A DNA stretch of 63,669 nt, counting the filler, from Reclinomonas americana ATCC 50394 (taxonomy: Eukaryota): the NCBI GenBank assembly GCA_048213135.1. It is 12 parts of 12 records of this genome, joined end to end, with 100 filler letters (N's around TTAATTAATTAA, not from the genome) between each part and the next. Parts side by side here need not be neighbours in the genome. Positions count along the whole stretch, not along the records: positions 58,697 to 63,669 come from AFZH01020006.1; 11 more parts are not named here. One strand, written 5' to 3'. The position numbers were made by a program, and so were the translations under genes. This document shows, in pieces, positions 60,717 to 63,669 of the stretch. The notes beneath the pieces are model-generated. The model was not told the DNA's origin. It made no database searches and saw only the letters and a program-made list of their open reading frames with translations. The stretch's first letter is position 1. Each line of letters opens with the position of its first letter.

Positions 60717-63464
60717 TCAGTAAATCTCGCAAAAGTCGGGCATGACCGGACCGGCAGCGATTCCGCGGTTGGCCATGCGGCAACGCTGGGCGGCGAGACG
60801 CGGCAGAGCGGCGCCAGCACTGCGTGACCAGTTAGCGTCACAATCAAAGAGTCAACGACTTGCCGCCTCCTGACAACGCAACTCAGTGACCGTCTTGGCC
60901 GACCACAGGCGCTCGGACGCGGCGCATGCGCGAGGCCACACACGGCCGTCAAAGTTGACCTGATCCACCTGCTCGCTCCACATGCTGTGCGTGTACAGAC
61001 AGACAGTCAACACCACGCTTCAGCGCCTGCCAGCCTCACCCATGAAAAGAGACGCAACGCGGCCTCTCCACCCAGCACCAGAGCCTCCTGCGCCGGGGTC
61101 AGGCGGCCCGGCTGGATCGGCTCGTTGGCGTAGAAATCCTTCCACGTGTCCTCCCACTCGTAGTGCGTGCTCTTGCCGGGCACCTGCTTGTCGAGGTACC
61201 AGCCGGCGGCGAGGATGCCGCGGTCTGCAACGAACAAAGAGAGAGGGAGATGAGTTGAGCAGCAGCAAGCAGGAAAAGAGGGCTTGTCGAGAAGACGCAA
61301 CGGCCGGCCTGCACAATGTTGTAGAGCATGTCTTGCGAAATCCACGCCTCGACAATCGTGTCGGGGTCCATCTGCACACCGGCCTCGAACACCTCCTGCC
61401 ACACGACGTTGGTCTTGCCGTTGGCCTTGAGCAGCGGGGACATGTTGTTCTCAAAGTAGTTCATCAGCTTGTCGTAGTTGCCTGCGTAAGAAGGGGAAAG
61501 AGTGAGGCGAAAGGGAAACAAAGGGAAAGGGATTGCAAAGGGAAAGGGAGAGGAGACAAGAGGGATAGTGAAGAAAATAGACAAGCCGGGACGTCGAGTG
61601 TGCAAGCAAAACTGATAGAAAGGTAGAGTGCACAGAAAACATGCAGATGGTCCACCGTTTGTAATGAGAGCGACGGGTGAATAGTGCTCTCGGAGAGGCG
61701 AGACGAGACAAGGAGAGTTGCACACAGAGTGGGTAAAATAGGACGTTGAATGGACGGAAATCAGACGAAGCAACTGCTCCGACAGCAGAGGAAAGAGGGC
61801 AGTCGAGACGTGGAAGAAGTCCAACGGTTGTAGTGAAGCGACGGGTGAGTAGCCTGCTTTCGGAAACGGGAGAAATGCGAGTAGAGAGTAGCGTAGCAGA
61901 TACGGCAGCACAGGATGTAAATGAGCGAGTAACGCAGCAGCAGCGTACGCTCTCCGACAGCAGGTCAAAAAGTGCAAAATACGTACGGCAGCCGTCGCGA
62001 GATCGACAGAACGACATTGGGAAGCAGCATGCTCTCGAAACGCGAGACAGCGAACTGAGAGTTGTGTAGCAGCGCGATCTCGAAACGGAAAAACAACGGG
62101 AGACACAGAGGGCGGAAAGGCTCCCCGATAGCGAGACAGCGAATTGAGAGTTGCGTAGCAGCGCGATCTCGAAAGGAAAAACAACGGGAGACACAGAGAG
62201 CGGAAAGGCTCACCGATAGCGAGACAGCGAATTGAGAGTTGCGTAGCAGCGCGATCTCGAACGGAAAAACAACGGGAGACACAGAGGGCGGAAAGGTTCC
62301 CCGATAGCGAGACAGCGAATTGAGAGTTGTGTAGCAGCGCGATCTCGAAAGGAAAACCAACGGGAGACACAGAGGGCGGAAGGGCTCCCCGATAGCGAGA
62401 CAGCGAATTGAGAGTTGTGTAGCACCGCGATCTCGAAAGGAAAAACAATGGGAGCCACAGAGGGCGGAAAGGCTCATCGATAGCGAGAGGCGTGCACGTG
62501 CAACGCAAGAACATAAGAGAAACAGAATAACGGGCGACATAAGACGAAGAAAACAAGCCCGAAGTGAGCAGAGAACAAGATCACGACTGATCACTCCTCT
62601 GCAAGAATTCACGCACACAGACCTGCTGCCCAACCTGCCACACTGCGGGATTGATATCCTTCTCCCCTTCCACCCTTCTCCCCTCCAACCCTTCTCCCCT
62701 CCCAACCTTCTCCCCACCCCCACCCTTCTCCCCTCGCATCCTTACCCCATCCCCATCCTTCTCCCTTCTCCCCACCCATCATCCGTCTCCCCTTCCAACC
62801 CTTCTCCCCACCCCAACCCTTCCCCTTTACGCAACTTCCCCACCCCTTCTGCTGCATGAACGACACAATCGACTGATCCTGCGCCCAGCACTCGTACACC
62901 ACCTCGTCGCCGCCAGTGTGCACATACTTGTCGGTGAAGAGCGGCAGGGCGTCGTTGAAAAAGTTGCGCAAGAAATCGTAGGTGCCGCTCAGCGCCGGAT
63001 TCAGGGGGATGTTGTTGACGTTGGCCGACCAGCTCGGGCACTTGGCGGTGAGGTACGAGTACGCCTGGCCCCAGCTGTACGAGTGGCCGGGCATGTCGAA
63101 CTCGGGCAGCACACGCACGCCGCGGTCCTTGGCGTACGACACCAGCGTCTGCACGTCCTGGTGCGAGTACGTGCAGTTGGAGCACCACACCAGGGCCTGC
63201 GAGAGGAGCGGGTACGGCGTCGACTGGAACGGGAAGGACTGCGCGTCGGTGATGTGCCAGTGCATGGTGTTGAACTTGTTGTAGGCCAGCGCGTCGACAA
63301 TGTGCAGCAGCTGCTGGAAGGGGTAAAAGTGGCGCGAGGTGTCCACCAGCATGCCACGCCACGGGAAGCGCGGGGTGTCGGAGATGCTGAGGGGGACGGA
63401 GCCGATGGTGTAGGTGCGGGAGGGGCGGTCGTAGGTGATGAGCTGGGAGAAGGTTTCCAGGGCG
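60717..63464 (-). CDS. Beta-N-acetylhexosaminidase, glycoside hydrolase family 20 (HexA/HexB-like); 5' end outside the window
   Basis: ALETFSQL, DTPRFPWRGMLVDTSRHF, NKFNTMHWHITDAQSFP, RGVRVLPEFDMPGH, catalytic HTGGDEV, WYLD, GGEAAMWSE, RVWPRACAASERLWS, RCRMANRGI. Confidence 0.97.
62030..62490. repeat. Tandem repeat, 88-bp unit, ~5 copies, inside the 1.35-kb hexosaminidase intron
   Basis: GCGAGACAGCG recurs at about 62042, 62131, 62219, 62307 and 62395, with a partial copy at 62483. Confidence 0.93.
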
Positions 63465-63533
63465 CTGCAAGGGAGGGGGAAGGGGGGAGGGACATATTAG
63501 GGAAGGGAAAGGGAAAGGGAGAGAGATGTGAGC

Positions 63534-63578
<45 letters not shown>

Positions 63579-63669
63579 TGGAGAGAGAACGAACGAGAGG
63601 AGGAGAGAGAGAGAGAGAGGAGGAGGTAGAGTACGAGAGACGCGTCGTGTGAGAGAGAGTGCGTGTGTG

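Noticed and set aside
62030..62490. CRISPR-like array
   Set aside because: Units are contiguous near-identical 88-mers with no unique spacers, no cas genes, and they lie inside a eukaryotic intron.

Overview
This is intron-dense, GC-rich nuclear DNA from an unidentified protist-like eukaryote. It comes as 12 contigs joined by eleven artificial 100-nt N/TTAATTAATTAA linkers; ATG9 and a giant HECT gene continue across linkers, so contig order appears preserved at least there. The ORF track is mostly misleading because genes are split by short (mostly 55-120 nt) introns, so I rebuilt gene models by hand from conserved motifs. Genes found: RsfS/MALSU1-like factor, Aa_trans amino-acid transporter, giant HECT E3 ligase, syntaxin-16, an LRR-coiled-coil-kinase-HECT fusion, a triple-CBM20 protein, ATG9, an intronless RluA-family pseudouridine synthase, four tandem membrane-bound hybrid histidine kinases, a cadherin-like/EGF repeat surface protein, a ZC3H3-like protein, an EF-hand protein, a GH20 beta-hexosaminidase and several orphan genes. 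The most striking signal is the splice code. Over 30 introns begin GTTGCGT or a close variant (GTTGAGT, GTTTCGT, GTAGCGT), i.e. the usual GTGCGT/GTGAGT donor shifted by one base, and mostly after a non-G exon end. GC-AG introns are also frequent and there is a 7-nt micro-exon. All exon boundaries are manual inferences without RNA data.
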